Part shown: in pieces, positions 19,404-29,772 of the stretch
Layout: the number at the start of each line of letters is the position of its first letter
Position numbering within the stretch: the stretch's first letter is position 1
Source of the DNA: Campylobacterota bacterium
GTDB lineage: Bacteria; Campylobacterota; Campylobacteria; Campylobacterales; Sulfurimonadaceae
Direction of reading: 5' to 3'
NCBI GenBank assembly: GCA_034661055.1
Contig: JAYEKO010000061.1
Coordinates: 1-64,000, forward strand
DNA length: 64,000 nucleotides
Translations under genes and position numbers: made by a program
Notes under the pieces: generated by a model
What the model saw: the letters and a program-made list of their open reading frames with translations, nothing else
What the model was told of the DNA's origin: nothing
Databases searched by the model: none

Positions 19404-21359
19404 CTACAAAGCCTCTTTTTCAGGTTTACCAATGTGGTAACCCTGAATAAAATCAACCCCCATCGACTTAACTTTTTGCATGACCTCTTCAGAGTGAATA
19501 AACTCTGCTATGGTTTTTATTCCCAATTTTTTAGCTGACATAATAATGGATTCAACAACAATTTCAGAGTCTTTATTGGTATCTATATCTTTAATTAAAG
19601 AGCTATCAATCTTTAAAAAATCTGCATGTAATTTAATTATATAGCTGTAGTTGGAGTACCCACTTCCAAAGTCATCAATAGCAACACGAGCACCAATTTC
19701 TCTAATCTCTTGAACAAAATTGTTCATAACATCAAACTCAGATATCTCTTCCGTTTCTAAAATTTCAAAAATAACTCTCTGTGGCTCTGGAAAGTTCTGT
19801 AACTGTGAAATCATATAATCACGGGTCTGCTCGTCTAATATATCATCAATTGAGATATTAACCGAAAATTCATACTCTTTATCTCTAAAGTATTCAAACG
19901 CCTGTTTAAAAACAGTTTGGGTAATACGAAAATAGAGTTTAGAGTGTTTCGCTACATCCATGAAATAGTGAGGAGAGTAAACCTCCCCATCTCTACCTAC
20001 TAAACGAATTAATGTCTCAAATTTCTGGGCATGATCTAGACCAACTGCTAAAATTGGTTGATAATAGGTTACAAGACGCTTCTCATCAAGAGCCTCTTTT
20101 AAGCGTGCTGTCCATAAAATATTCTGTTCAAAGTCCTCTTTACTCTCTAAATGATGTGAATATATCTCAAATGGTTTATTGGACTTTTTAGCACTATTTA
20201 ATGCCGCAACTGCTTTTTCTATGATATTCTCTCTATCTTCACAAACTCCACATGTAAGGGTTAAAAGTATTTCACTATTTTTATACATGTAAGGTCTATT
20301 ATTGAGCTTTGTCAAGGTCTCCATTAAACGAAATATATCAAAAGGCTTCTCACTTAAGCAGATAAATTCATCACTACCAAGTCTATAAATCTTGTCGCTA
20401 TCTTTATGACAATTTTCAATACGTCTGCCCAGCTCTACTAAAATATGATCTCCAACCTCATGACCATAAAAATCATTTATGCCTCGAAAATTGTCAATAT
20501 TAAAGAGAATCAACGTAGGTGTTTCAGTTGCTTCTAAATCACGCTTTAGTGCCAACAGATTAGGCAAAGAGGTTAATGCATCTAAATAAAACTGCGCAAT
20601 CATCTTGTTGTAATAGTACTTAATCTCATCGAGCAATCCATTAAATACCGTTGCAATATGAGTAATCTCACTCACTGAAGAGTTCATAGCAATACGTTTA
20701 TTTAAATTTTTATGTTCAGATATATTCTGCATTTTAGAGGTAAAACGTACCAATGGATTAATAATCTTATTTTCAAGAATAAAGTAAAATATAATAAAAA
20801 CAACTATTAAAAATAGCACCAAAAAAAGTATGAAATAGGTCACCATGGTGTGAAGTGGAATATTGATGTCTTTAACAGGAAGATAGATGTCTAAAACACC
20901 ATTTATATCACCCACTCTACTGTTGTAATGACATGTAATACAAGACTCTTGAACTCTCATAGGGTAGAGATAGCGTACAAACTTCTCATCTTCTGTAACA
21001 AGAACCTCTTCGCCACTCATTGCCCTTTGTATATTAGAATCATCTTTAACATTTTTAGTAGCTATATGACTTTCACCTAACATCTCACTTACTAGTGCTG
21101 AACGGTATGATTTAATTACAAGTCCATCATGAAGCGTGTTCATACGCTGCATAATTTTGTTGAGGTCTTCTTTACCCCAACCCTCTTGCATTTTAGTATT
21201 CATGATTTCAAAGACGAATTCACTTGTCTTTTTTGCATCATTTCCAGCAAGGTTTTTTAAGGCAACACTTTTAAGGTAGTAACTAAACAAAACTCCTAAA
21301 ACAATACTGCCTGCAAGAAGCCAAAGTGTAATTTTTATTATAAGTTGTCTATTTGTCAT
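19404..21359 (-). CDS. Membrane GGDEF-EAL protein with periplasmic CxxCH sensor and HAMP
   Basis: Two TMs around a periplasmic domain with CITCH; degenerate GSDEF; EAL domain with ETLIR, FEILE and IDDFGSGYS. Confidence 0.9.
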   Translation of the reverse strand: MTNRQLIIKITLWLLAGSIVLGVLFSYYLKSVALKNLAGNDAKKTSEFVFEIMNTKMQEGWGKEDLNKIMQRMNTLHDGLVIKSYRSALVSEMLGESHIATKNVKDDSNIQRAMSGEEVLVTEDEKFVRYLYPMRVQESCITCHYNSRVGDINGVLDIYLPVKDINIPLHTMVTYFILFLVLFLIVVFIIFYFILENKIINPLVRFTSKMQNISEHKNLNKRIAMNSSVSEITHIATVFNGLLDEIKYYYNKMIAQFYLDALTSLPNLLALKRDLEATETPTLILFNIDNFRGINDFYGHEVGDHILVELGRRIENCHKDSDKIYRLGSDEFICLSEKPFDIFRLMETLTKLNNRPYMYKNSEILLTLTCGVCEDRENIIEKAVAALNSAKKSNKPFEIYSHHLESKEDFEQNILWTARLKEALDEKRLVTYYQPILAVGLDHAQKFETLIRLVGRDGEVYSPHYFMDVAKHSKLYFRITQTVFKQAFEYFRDKEYEFSVNISIDDILDEQTRDYMISQLQNFPEPQRVIFEILETEEISEFDVMNNFVQEIREIGARVAIDDFGSGYSNYSYIIKLHADFLKIDSSLIKDIDTNKDSEIVVESIIMSAKKLGIKTIAEFIHSEEVMQKVKSMGVDFIQGYHIGKPEKEAL

Positions 21360-21448
21360 AATTTTTCTTTTTTACATTGTTCTTATCAATTGTAGCAAAG
21401 AATTAATAAAAGTGTCATTTTTATGCTATTTTTAATAAACAATCGAAG

Positions 21449-22051
21449 CTATAACGCCTTTTTTTTCTGAATATACATGTAAATAAGGCCAATTAATACC
21501 ACGCTAAAAAGCGCTACGATGGTAATTTGTGAAAGATAGCTCTTAATTAACTCCTCATTATTGCCAATAACATAACCCAAAATTATTAATATTAGGGACC
21601 ACAAACCTGCACCTAGGGCCGTATAGAAAGAGAATACTTTTAGATCCATTTTCGAGATTCCAGCAGGAATGGAGATGAGTTGTCGAATACCTGGAATAAG
21701 ACGTCCTGTAAATGTTGAAATATGTCCATGCCTTTCAAAGTAACTATCCATCTTGTGAATTGCTTCTGGTTTGATAAAAAAATACTTTCCATACCGCTCC
21801 AACAGCGCTCGTCCAATCAACATAGCACCAAAATAATTAATAAAAGCACCCACCATGGAACCTGAAAGTGCCATCAAAAAGACCATACTAAAACTCATCT
21901 CACCCTGACTTGCCAGATAGCCTGCCGGGATTAATACAATTTCACTAGGAAAAGGAATAAAAGAGCTCTCAATAGTCATTAAGGCAAAAATACCAAAATA
22001 TCCAAATTCAAAGATGGTATCGACCATCCATTGCGCCATCTCTGCTAACAC
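21449..22051 (-). CDS. DedA family membrane protein
   Basis: ESSFIPFPSE and GRLIPGIRQLISIPAG. Confidence 0.93.
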   Translation of the reverse strand: MLAEMAQWMVDTIFEFGYFGIFALMTIESSFIPFPSEIVLIPAGYLASQGEMSFSMVFLMALSGSMVGAFINYFGAMLIGRALLERYGKYFFIKPEAIHKMDSYFERHGHISTFTGRLIPGIRQLISIPAGISKMDLKVFSFYTALGAGLWSLILIILGYVIGNNEELIKSYLSQITIVALFSVVLIGLIYMYIQKKKAL

Positions 22052-23067
22052 GTTACCACTCCTTCAATATACTCTACTATCTCTTGCGAGGCGTTATCAC
22101 CACCTAGATGTGTTAGACCCTCACTCATCTTGCTAATATCTTCATCTAAAACTTTTAAAATATTTACATGTAAATCATCACTTTGACGTTCACACCACGC
22201 TAAGTTTTTATCTACTAAAAACTTAGCATTATAAAACTGATGATCTCCTGCTGCATAAGGGTAAGGTATGTAAAAAGCCGGTAGTCCATTCGCGCAGAGT
22301 TCCCATAAGGTACTAGCTCCTGCTCTTGAAATTGCTAAGTCGCTCTGTTCTAGTAATTTTGACAGCTCTTTTGTAAAGCCGAACAAATCTACATGTATAT
22401 TTAATCTCTTATACTCATTTTTTAGACGCTCATAATCACGCTCACCAGATTGATGAATAATATTAATACCACGTGCATTTAATTCAGGAGCCATTTTTAA
22501 AGCTAAATCATTTATAAACTGCGCTCCTTGAGAGCCTCCTAAGAAGATGATGGTTTTAATATCTTTACGAATATGTGCCGTCTTAAATAAAAGAGTATTA
22601 ACAGGATAGCCTTTTATAGGCGATGTCTCATCATAAGAGCTGAAAAATGCAGAAGAACTAGACTGTAATAGAGCGTTTAATCGTCCAGTTACCGCATTTT
22701 GTTCATGAATAAAAAATGGCACCTTTAACGTAACTGCAGCAAATGAAGCGGGAGCTGCTGAGAACCCTCCAACGCTAATAACCGCATCTACATGTAAATT
22801 TTTAATGAGCTTACGGGATTTAAAAAAGGCCTTAAATATCTTAAATAGTGCCTTTAGTTTTCCCAGACCCCTCTGGTTGACAACGCCTGTTGTCTCAAAA
22901 AAGTATTTCTCCTCAAAACCCATTTCGTTCAAAAACCATTTTTGGTCTTGTCCAGACATTGAACCAATGTAGATTGCTTTATGTCCTCGCTCTTTTAATG
23001 CGTTTAGAAGTGATGCGGCAATGCTTAAATGCCCACCGGTTCCACCTCCTGTAATTAAAAATGTCAT
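22045..23067 (-). CDS. murG: UDP-GlcNAc:lipid I transferase
   Basis: GGGTGGH, HEQNA, GGSQGA, SRAGAST and DHQFYNA. Confidence 0.97.
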   Translation of the reverse strand: MTFLITGGGTGGHLSIAASLLNALKERGHKAIYIGSMSGQDQKWFLNEMGFEEKYFFETTGVVNQRGLGKLKALFKIFKAFFKSRKLIKNLHVDAVISVGGFSAAPASFAAVTLKVPFFIHEQNAVTGRLNALLQSSSSAFFSSYDETSPIKGYPVNTLLFKTAHIRKDIKTIIFLGGSQGAQFINDLALKMAPELNARGINIIHQSGERDYERLKNEYKRLNIHVDLFGFTKELSKLLEQSDLAISRAGASTLWELCANGLPAFYIPYPYAAGDHQFYNAKFLVDKNLAWCERQSDDLHVNILKVLDEDISKMSEGLTHLGGDNASQEIVEYIEGVVTC

Positions 23068-24230
23068 TTCTCTGCTTTCATTGTCTTAGATACCATAAGC
23101 ACCATTCCCACACCAATAGAGGCGGCAAGAATTGCTGAGCCCCCATAGCTTAAAAATGGTACTGATATTCCTTTAATAGGAGTTAGTCCACTAATTCCAT
23201 AAGCATTAATTAAAAAGGCAAACGAGAGCAGAAGGGCTACACCAACACTAAAAAGATAGTAGATGTTATTTGGACAGCGATTAGCAATGGTAAAAATACG
23301 CTTTATCATCCACATAAAAAGTACCGTCACTATAAACAGACCTAAAAATCCAAACTCTTCTGAGATTCCTGCTAATATAAAATCGGTATGTACCTCGCTT
23401 AAAAAACCCAGTTTAAAGGTGCCATTACCTAGACCGACACCAAAAAGTCCTCCATTGTTAATAGCATTAAGAGAGTGGCCAATTTGGTAGGGTTCATCAA
23501 AAGACTCAACTCGAAGTTCTGAGGCGATAGACTCTGGAAAAACAGTAAGAATGGTATCTTGTGCCTGTGACCACCATGAGCGAATGCGTAATATTCGATG
23601 CTCTGCAGTAAGAATAAAAAAAGCAAAAAACAGTAGTGCGCTAGAGATAAGAGTCAAGAAGAACTTAAAACTGCTACCCGCTAAAAAAAGCATAAACAGT
23701 AGTGTCATAGATAGAACAACAACTTGCCCCAAATCTTTTTGAATGATTGCAATTAAAAACATAACCAAAACAAAAATAAAAGCATACGGAGCAAAACGGC
23801 GAAACTCTGCTAAAAGTCCCATTTTTGCATGATGCCCCAGTTTTCTAGAGAAGCTCCATGCTAAAAAGTAAACAAATCCCACTTTAAAAAACTCAACAGG
23901 TGCTAAAGAGAAACCAAAGAGTTTAATCCATCGTGATGCCCCACCCACTTCACTTACAAGACTAGAAGGCAAAAATGGCATAGCTATCATGGTAATGCTT
24001 CCACCTAAAAAGAGCAATAGACCAATTCGATGTAACCAAATATCTGGATTTAGTTGTGCTAATGACCAAATAACAACAATAGAGACAATACCAAAAACAG
24101 ATTGACGCATTAAGAAATGGTAATGGTTGTATTCAAAGTGTAGAACAATATAGGATGAAAGAGAGTAAACCGCAATAATACCTATGGTAATAAGCAGAGA
24201 TGTAATAATAAAAAGTCGTTTGTCTGCCAT
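23064..24230 (-). CDS. ftsW: SEDS protein FtsW
   Basis: GASRWI, PVEFFK, EVHTDFI and PFLSYGGS; upstream of murG. Confidence 0.92.
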   Translation of the reverse strand: MADKRLFIITSLLITIGIIAVYSLSSYIVLHFEYNHYHFLMRQSVFGIVSIVVIWSLAQLNPDIWLHRIGLLLFLGGSITMIAMPFLPSSLVSEVGGASRWIKLFGFSLAPVEFFKVGFVYFLAWSFSRKLGHHAKMGLLAEFRRFAPYAFIFVLVMFLIAIIQKDLGQVVVLSMTLLFMLFLAGSSFKFFLTLISSALLFFAFFILTAEHRILRIRSWWSQAQDTILTVFPESIASELRVESFDEPYQIGHSLNAINNGGLFGVGLGNGTFKLGFLSEVHTDFILAGISEEFGFLGLFIVTVLFMWMIKRIFTIANRCPNNIYYLFSVGVALLLSFAFLINAYGISGLTPIKGISVPFLSYGGSAILAASIGVGMVLMVSKTMKAEK

Positions 24231-24294
24231 AACTACTACCATCTATTTTTAATGCAATTGTACCTTTTTTAGTTTAACACTAACAGATAAACTA

Positions 24295-24312
24295 TTGGAA
24301 TGAAAAATGCTT
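24295..24312 (+). promoter_or_regulatory. Sigma54 (-24/-12) promoter of flgB
   Basis: TTGGAA-TGAAAAA-TGCTT gives GG(24297-8)-N10-GC(24309-10). flgB is RpoN-dependent in Campylobacter and Helicobacter. Confidence 0.75.
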
Positions 24313-24339
24313 GCTACTTCATAACATAAGGAGTAAGTA

Positions 24340-24765
24340 ATGGGCATAGTAATTTCACAAGCACATGAACTGATGAAAGAGGCACTAAACTACCGAGCAC
24401 AACGTCAAGATATGATAGCTTCAAATATTGCTAACGCCGATACTCCTTTTTACCGTCCACGTGACATTAACTTTGAAGATATGTTGAGTCAAAAAAGAGA
24501 GGCGATGTTTGCTAATGAAGCAAGCCTAGAGCTTGCCAGTACTAACAGTGCTCATCTTGAGGTGCAAGATATGAAAAACACGACACGAGCAACTCTCTTT
24601 TTTAGAGATGGACACATGGCACGAAATGATGGAAACAGTGTTGATATAGACGTAGAGACTACTGAGATGTCAAAAAACTCAATAGCATTTAATACACTAA
24701 TTGCATCAGTAAAGAAGAGCGGTGGCATTTTTAAAAGTGTCATTGAAGCGTCTTCAAAAGTTTAA
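24340..24765 (+). CDS. flgB: Flagellar basal-body rod protein FlgB
   Basis: IASNIANADTPFYRPRDINF and RNDGNSVDID. Confidence 0.97.
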   Translation: MGIVISQAHELMKEALNYRAQRQDMIASNIANADTPFYRPRDINFEDMLSQKREAMFANEASLELASTNSAHLEVQDMKNTTRATLFFRDGHMARNDGNSVDIDVETTEMSKNSIAFNTLIASVKKSGGIFKSVIEASSKV

Positions 24766-24783
24766 AGAATTAGGAAATAGATT

Positions 24784-25275
24784 ATGGCTTTTTTAAATAG
24801 TTTTGATATTAGCGGTTACGGACTTTCAGCGCAACGTGTTCGTGTCAATACCATTAGTTCAAACATTGCTAATGCAAGCACAACACGCACCGATGAAGGT
24901 GGTCCGTACCGACGTAAAGAGGTTATTTTTAAAGCGCAGAACTTTGATGATCTTTTAAGTAATAACCTAAAAAACTCTACCGATTCATTAAAATATAGTG
25001 ACCCACTTAAAGAGGGAGACTTTAATAAAAAAGTTAATCCTGCTATAATGAGTGTAATCGTTGATAAGATCGCTCAAGACGACAGTGACTTTAAAATGAA
25101 GTATGACCCATCACACCCAGATGCGGATGCTTCTGGTTATGTTGCTTATCCAAATATTAATCCTGTCATTGAAATGGCCGATTTAGTAGAAGCAACACGA
25201 TCATATCAAGCAAATGTTGCGGCATTTGAAAGTGCAAAGAACATGGCAAACAGTGCCATCTCTTTGCTACAGTAA
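24784..25275 (+). CDS. flgC: Flagellar basal-body rod protein FlgC
   Basis: GGPYRRKEVIF and YDPSHPDA..GYVAYPNIN. Confidence 0.97.
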   Translation: MAFLNSFDISGYGLSAQRVRVNTISSNIANASTTRTDEGGPYRRKEVIFKAQNFDDLLSNNLKNSTDSLKYSDPLKEGDFNKKVNPAIMSVIVDKIAQDDSDFKMKYDPSHPDADASGYVAYPNINPVIEMADLVEATRSYQANVAAFESAKNMANSAISLLQ

Positions 25276-25289
25276 AGGAGAGTAGCTAA

Positions 25290-25595
25290 ATGGCTGATAT
25301 CAATAACATCTCATCACTATCAACTGCAGACCTCCTTAAAAAGGGAAATAGCTCTTCAATTCAAGATGGTAGTAATGTCAACTTTGCAGACCAGCTTAAA
25401 AGTGCCATTAATGAAGTTAATACCCACCAAGTAGAGGGTGAACACGCTATGGCAGACATGGCAACAGGACAGGTTAAAGACCTCCATCAAGCGGCGCTTG
25501 CCATTAGTAAAGCTGAAACAAGCATGAAGCTGATGCTAGAAGTTCGAAACAAAGCTCTCAGCGCTTACAAAGAAATCACAAGAACACAACTCTAA
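25290..25595 (+). CDS. fliE: Flagellar hook-basal body protein FliE
   Basis: DLHQA...LEVRNKALSAYKEI. Confidence 0.95.
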   Translation: MADINNISSLSTADLLKKGNSSSIQDGSNVNFADQLKSAINEVNTHQVEGEHAMADMATGQVKDLHQAALAISKAETSMKLMLEVRNKALSAYKEITRTQL

Positions 25596-25625
25596 ACCTG
25601 TTGTGCTTCTCATTTAAGAGCATTA

Positions 25626-27398
25626 ATGGCTAACTCTAACCGTTCCAAAAAAATTGTCACCCTCTTTATGTTGATTATTTTAGGCTTTATCATATTTTTA
25701 AGTGTTATGCTCTACACCTCTATTAAAAATCGTCATCTTCCATCTAAATATACCTCCGAAAGCACCAAAGCACAGCGTGGGCATATTATCTCCCAAGATG
25801 GATTTCATGTTGCATCAACACAAAAGCTCTACAAGGCAACCGTCAACACTCTCAATATTGACCCTAACAAAAAAGATCTATTTGTTGAACTTTTCAGTAT
25901 TTACAGTGGTGTTGATCAAAAGAGCATTAGAAAAAAACTCAATTCCCGTAAAGGAAGTGTTGTACTAAGCTACCACATCAATCCAAAAAATGCTCAATAT
26001 TTAAAGACTCTAGCTTTTGAACTGCGTAGATTAAAAGTTTTTATTGAGTATCACAACCGTTATGGCCGCGCTATTTTACATGGTCTCAACATTGTTGAGA
26101 GTGGCGAGACTAGAGAGTATCCTTACGGAAAGGTCTTAACCCCTCTTATTGGATATCCTCGCAAGATGGAAGTCAATGGATATACCAGAATTCATGGCAT
26201 CAAAGGTATTGAGAAGCAGTACGAAGATGAACTAAATCCCATTCAAAATGGCTCTCAACGTGCCCCAAGAGATGTTAATAGCTACATGATATTAAATAAA
26301 AAAAGTTTTACAAAACGTGAAATTAATGGCTTAGACGTTAAGCTCAACATTCCACTGACCTTGCAGGTTCGTGTTGAAAAGATGTTAAAGCAGATGAAAG
26401 AAGAACTAAATGCCAAAGAGGTTCTTGCTGTAGTCATGCAGGCCAATAATGGTAAAGTCATCTCATTAGCTAGTTCAAATCAGTTCTTTCCAAAAGCCAT
26501 CCGAAGAAGTGACTACCCATCACTAAATACCAACCCCATTGAGTACAGTTTTGAAGTCGGTTCAGTGCTTAAGCCTATTACCCTCTCACTACTTTTAGAA
26601 TTGAGAAAAATTAATCCATATGATTTAGTCTTTTGTAATAATGGCCGCTATAAACTGGGTCGTAAAGTCATCACCGATGAACATAAATTTGACTGGCTCA
26701 GTGCTGAAGACATTATTGTACACTCTTCAAATATCGGTATTTCAAAACTAGCACAGAAGCTTGAGGGCTTCGAGTTTCATGACGGATTAACCAACTATGG
26801 ACTCTCTAAAAAAAGCGGTGTTGATCTTCCTTATGAGAAAAAAGGCTCTCTACCATCTGTTAGACAGTTAAATGCACCCATATACAAAGCTACCTGCGCC
26901 TACGGTTATGGTATGCGTGGCAATTTAATGCAACTTGTAAAAGCCTATAACACTTTTAATAACAATGGGCTTGCTGTTACGCCACAAGTAGCTCAACACC
27001 TTATTGATGAACTTGGAACTATTATTCCTCTTGAAACGGATGAGCCTACTCAGATTATTTCACCAGCAACAGCACAGATGATGAAAAAAATTCTAGTTAA
27101 AACGGTTAATGAAGGAACTGGTCAAAAAACGCGTATTAAAGGTCTTGAAATAGGAGGTAAGACAGGCACTGCACATATTGCAGTTAAGGGACGCTACGTC
27201 AATCAATATAACTCTTCATTTATCGGTTTTGCCAATGATGAAAATAACAGCTACACCATTGGCGTTACTGTGGTAAAACCTAAAAAAGTCTATTTTGCTT
27301 CACAAACTGCAGTACCTACATTCAAAAAGATTGTTGAAATCTTAGTAAATGAGAAATTCCTTACTCCAAAACCTCAACCAATAGAAGAAGATCTATAG
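25626..27398 (+). CDS. ftsI: Class B penicillin-binding protein (FtsI/PBP3-like)
   Basis: N-terminal [22 protein letters not shown] and GGKTGT. Confidence 0.85.
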   Translation: MANSNRSKKIVTLFMLIILGFIIFLSVMLYTSIKNRHLPSKYTSESTKAQRGHIISQDGFHVASTQKLYKATVNTLNIDPNKKDLFVELFSIYSGVDQKSIRKKLNSRKGSVVLSYHINPKNAQYLKTLAFELRRLKVFIEYHNRYGRAILHGLNIVESGETREYPYGKVLTPLIGYPRKMEVNGYTRIHGIKGIEKQYEDELNPIQNGSQRAPRDVNSYMILNKKSFTKREINGLDVKLNIPLTLQVRVEKMLKQMKEELNAKEVLAVVMQANNGKVISLASSNQFFPKAIRRSDYPSLNTNPIEYSFEVGSVLKPITLSLLLELRKINPYDLVFCNNGRYKLGRKVITDEHKFDWLSAEDIIVHSSNIGISKLAQKLEGFEFHDGLTNYGLSKKSGVDLPYEKKGSLPSVRQLNAPIYKATCAYGYGMRGNLMQLVKAYNTFNNNGLAVTPQVAQHLIDELGTIIPLETDEPTQIISPATAQMMKKILVKTVNEGTGQKTRIKGLEIGGKTGTAHIAVKGRYVNQYNSSFIGFANDENNSYTIGVTVVKPKKVYFASQTAVPTFKKIVEILVNEKFLTPKPQPIEEDL

Positions 27399-28214
27399 CT
27401 GCAAATTGTCTATAAGACGTGTCTGACCTACACGTGCCGCAATTAAAATAATAGTATTGCCAAGTTCTACCTTCTCTATGTGGTTAAACTCCCTATCAAC
27501 AAACGCAATATACTCTACATCAATACTACTCATAATAGTACTCATCTCCTGTGATATAACATCAGTGGCTATAATATCTTGTGTCACCATTTTAGTAGCA
27601 CGCTTAAGAGAGTAAGAGATACTCAGTGCTTTTTTACGATCTGTCTCGCTTAGGTAAATATTTCTACTGCTTAACGCTAAACCATCACTCTCACGAACGG
27701 TATCTACAGCAACAATATTTACATGTAAAAAAAAGTTTCGTACCATCTGCTCAATAAGTATCAATTGCTGTGCATCCTTTTTTCCAAAATATGCATTTGT
27801 TGGAGTGACAATATTAAGAAGTTTAAGAACAACTGTTAATACGCCGTCAAAATGCCCTGGTCGAGAGTGTCCGTCTAAGATATAGGCTCGTATGTCTGGA
27901 GCATTGACGCGCACCTCATCACTTCCATAAACATCTTCAGCCTGCGGGTAAAATAGATAGTCAACACCGCTAAGCTCACAAATACGCTTGTCTGCTTCCT
28001 CTTTACGTGGATAACTCTGTAAATCTTCACCCTCCAAAAACTGTGTTGGATTAACAAAAATTGAGACAACAACTATCTCATTCTCACTTCGTGCAGACTC
28101 TATTAATGTACGATGTCCTAAATGCAGTGCTCCCATTGTGGGAACAAAGCCAATAGTTTTGTTTAAAGTTTTTAATTCATTCTGCAATAGGAGCGGATCA
28201 CTAAAAATTTTCAT
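27393..28214 (-). CDS. panC: Pantoate--beta-alanine ligase
   Basis: [30 protein letters not shown] and LALSSRN. Confidence 0.97.
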   Translation of the reverse strand: MKIFSDPLLLQNELKTLNKTIGFVPTMGALHLGHRTLIESARSENEIVVVSIFVNPTQFLEGEDLQSYPRKEEADKRICELSGVDYLFYPQAEDVYGSDEVRVNAPDIRAYILDGHSRPGHFDGVLTVVLKLLNIVTPTNAYFGKKDAQQLILIEQMVRNFFLHVNIVAVDTVRESDGLALSSRNIYLSETDRKKALSISYSLKRATKMVTQDIIATDVISQEMSTIMSSIDVEYIAFVDREFNHIEKVELGNTIILIAARVGQTRLIDNLQL

Positions 28215-28267
28215 ATATTAAGCCTCAATTGAATATAATCAGTATTATATATTATTTGGAGACAATT

Positions 28268-29365
28268 TTGGACCATTATGAGTATTCTGAGCTATTAAAG
28301 ACATTAACAATTAAGATGCACAACATTAAAGGGGTAATTCAACCCAAAGCAATTCAAGATAGACTGGGTGAAATTGAAACCTTGGAGAATTCTCAAGACT
28401 TCTGGAATGATGCTGCATATGCCGCACAAATTCAAAAAGAGAAGACTCAAATTGAGCGTAAACTTGAAAAGTATAGTGCTACTGCCAATACACTATCTGA
28501 AGCAGAAGAATTTTATGCCATGGCAAAAGATGAGGGCGACGATGAGACAATAGAGTCACTCTTTGAAGATGCCAACGAACTGGAGAATTTGGTAGAGAGC
28601 ATGGAGATTGCTGTACTACTTAGCGGTGATCATGATGGCAATAATGCCATTCTCTCTATTCATCCTGGGGCCGGTGGTACAGAGAGTCAAGATTGGGCAC
28701 TTATGCTACTGCGTATGTACAAACGTTGGGCAGAGCGTCACGACTTTAGTATTGAGACACTTGATTATCAAAATGGTGAAGAAGCTGGTATCAAAGATGC
28801 CTCAATTCTCATTAAAGGTGAAAATGTATATGGCTACTTAAAAGTAGAAAATGGTATTCACCGTCTTGTTCGCATTAGTCCTTTTGATTCCAACGCCAAA
28901 CGTCATACCTCTTTTAGCTCTGTTATGGTATCTCCTGAAGTTGATGATGATATTGATATTGTTATTGAAGATAAAGATATTCGTATCGACACATATCGTG
29001 CCTCAGGTGCAGGTGGACAGCATGTCAATAAAACAGAATCTGCCATCCGTATTACGCATATTGATACAGGAGTCGTAGTACAGTGTCAAAATGATAGAAG
29101 CCAACATAAAAACAAAGCTACAGCAATGAAGATGTTAAAATCACGCCTCTATGAACTCAAGCTTGAAGAGCAAAAAGCAGAAGAAGCTGGAGTTGAAAAG
29201 AGTGAAATTGGTTGGGGACATCAGATTCGTTCCTACGTCATGCAGCCATACCAGCAGGTTAAAGATACCCGCTCAAATATTCCCATGTCCAATGTAAGCG
29301 GTATCTTAGATGGTGACATTGACCAGTTGATTGAAGGAGTTTTAATCGCACAGAGTCAAAAATAA
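28268..29365 (+). CDS. prfB: Peptide chain release factor 2
   Basis: SPF anticodon-mimic motif and GGQ; TTG start at 28268 behind a GGAGA RBS; continuous frame. Confidence 0.97.
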   Translation: MDHYEYSELLKTLTIKMHNIKGVIQPKAIQDRLGEIETLENSQDFWNDAAYAAQIQKEKTQIERKLEKYSATANTLSEAEEFYAMAKDEGDDETIESLFEDANELENLVESMEIAVLLSGDHDGNNAILSIHPGAGGTESQDWALMLLRMYKRWAERHDFSIETLDYQNGEEAGIKDASILIKGENVYGYLKVENGIHRLVRISPFDSNAKRHTSFSSVMVSPEVDDDIDIVIEDKDIRIDTYRASGAGGQHVNKTESAIRITHIDTGVVVQCQNDRSQHKNKATAMKMLKSRLYELKLEEQKAEEAGVEKSEIGWGHQIRSYVMQPYQQVKDTRSNIPMSNVSGILDGDIDQLIEGVLIAQSQK

Positions 29366-29376
29366 TTACATGTAAA

Positions 29377-29703
29377 TTATGGCTCTTTTTTAATGAAACT
29401 ATAGCCAAGAGAGCCTAGCCCTAAGAACATCATAATAATAAGCATAAACTTCATCTGCTCTTTAGAGCGGTCAGTATAAACTTCTGTATAATCAGCTTTA
29501 CTCTGTTGTTTTGAAGTTGCTGTAGATGTACCGCTAGTGCGCGCTTCCATTCGTGCGACACGCTCTGCTGCACGCTGCTCAGTAACATTTACACCACTGC
29601 CACTACTGTTTACCCAAAAAAAAGCTCCTAACCCTACCACTAGCAAAAAGGCACCCAAGGATCGCGACACAATTATCTGATTAGTTTTTAACCACTTTTT
29701 CAT
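29377..29703 (-). CDS. Hypothetical two-TM membrane protein
   Basis: Two hydrophobic segments flanking a polar loop; fills the gap between flanking genes. Confidence 0.7.
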   Translation of the reverse strand: MKKWLKTNQIIVSRSLGAFLLVVGLGAFFWVNSSGSGVNVTEQRAAERVARMEARTSGTSTATSKQQSKADYTEVYTDRSKEQMKFMLIIMMFLGLGSLGYSFIKKEP

Positions 29704-29772
29704 TTATGAACCTAAAAAATATAATTAACCAGAATTATGCATCAATAGAAATTAAAAACATATAAAGGACAC

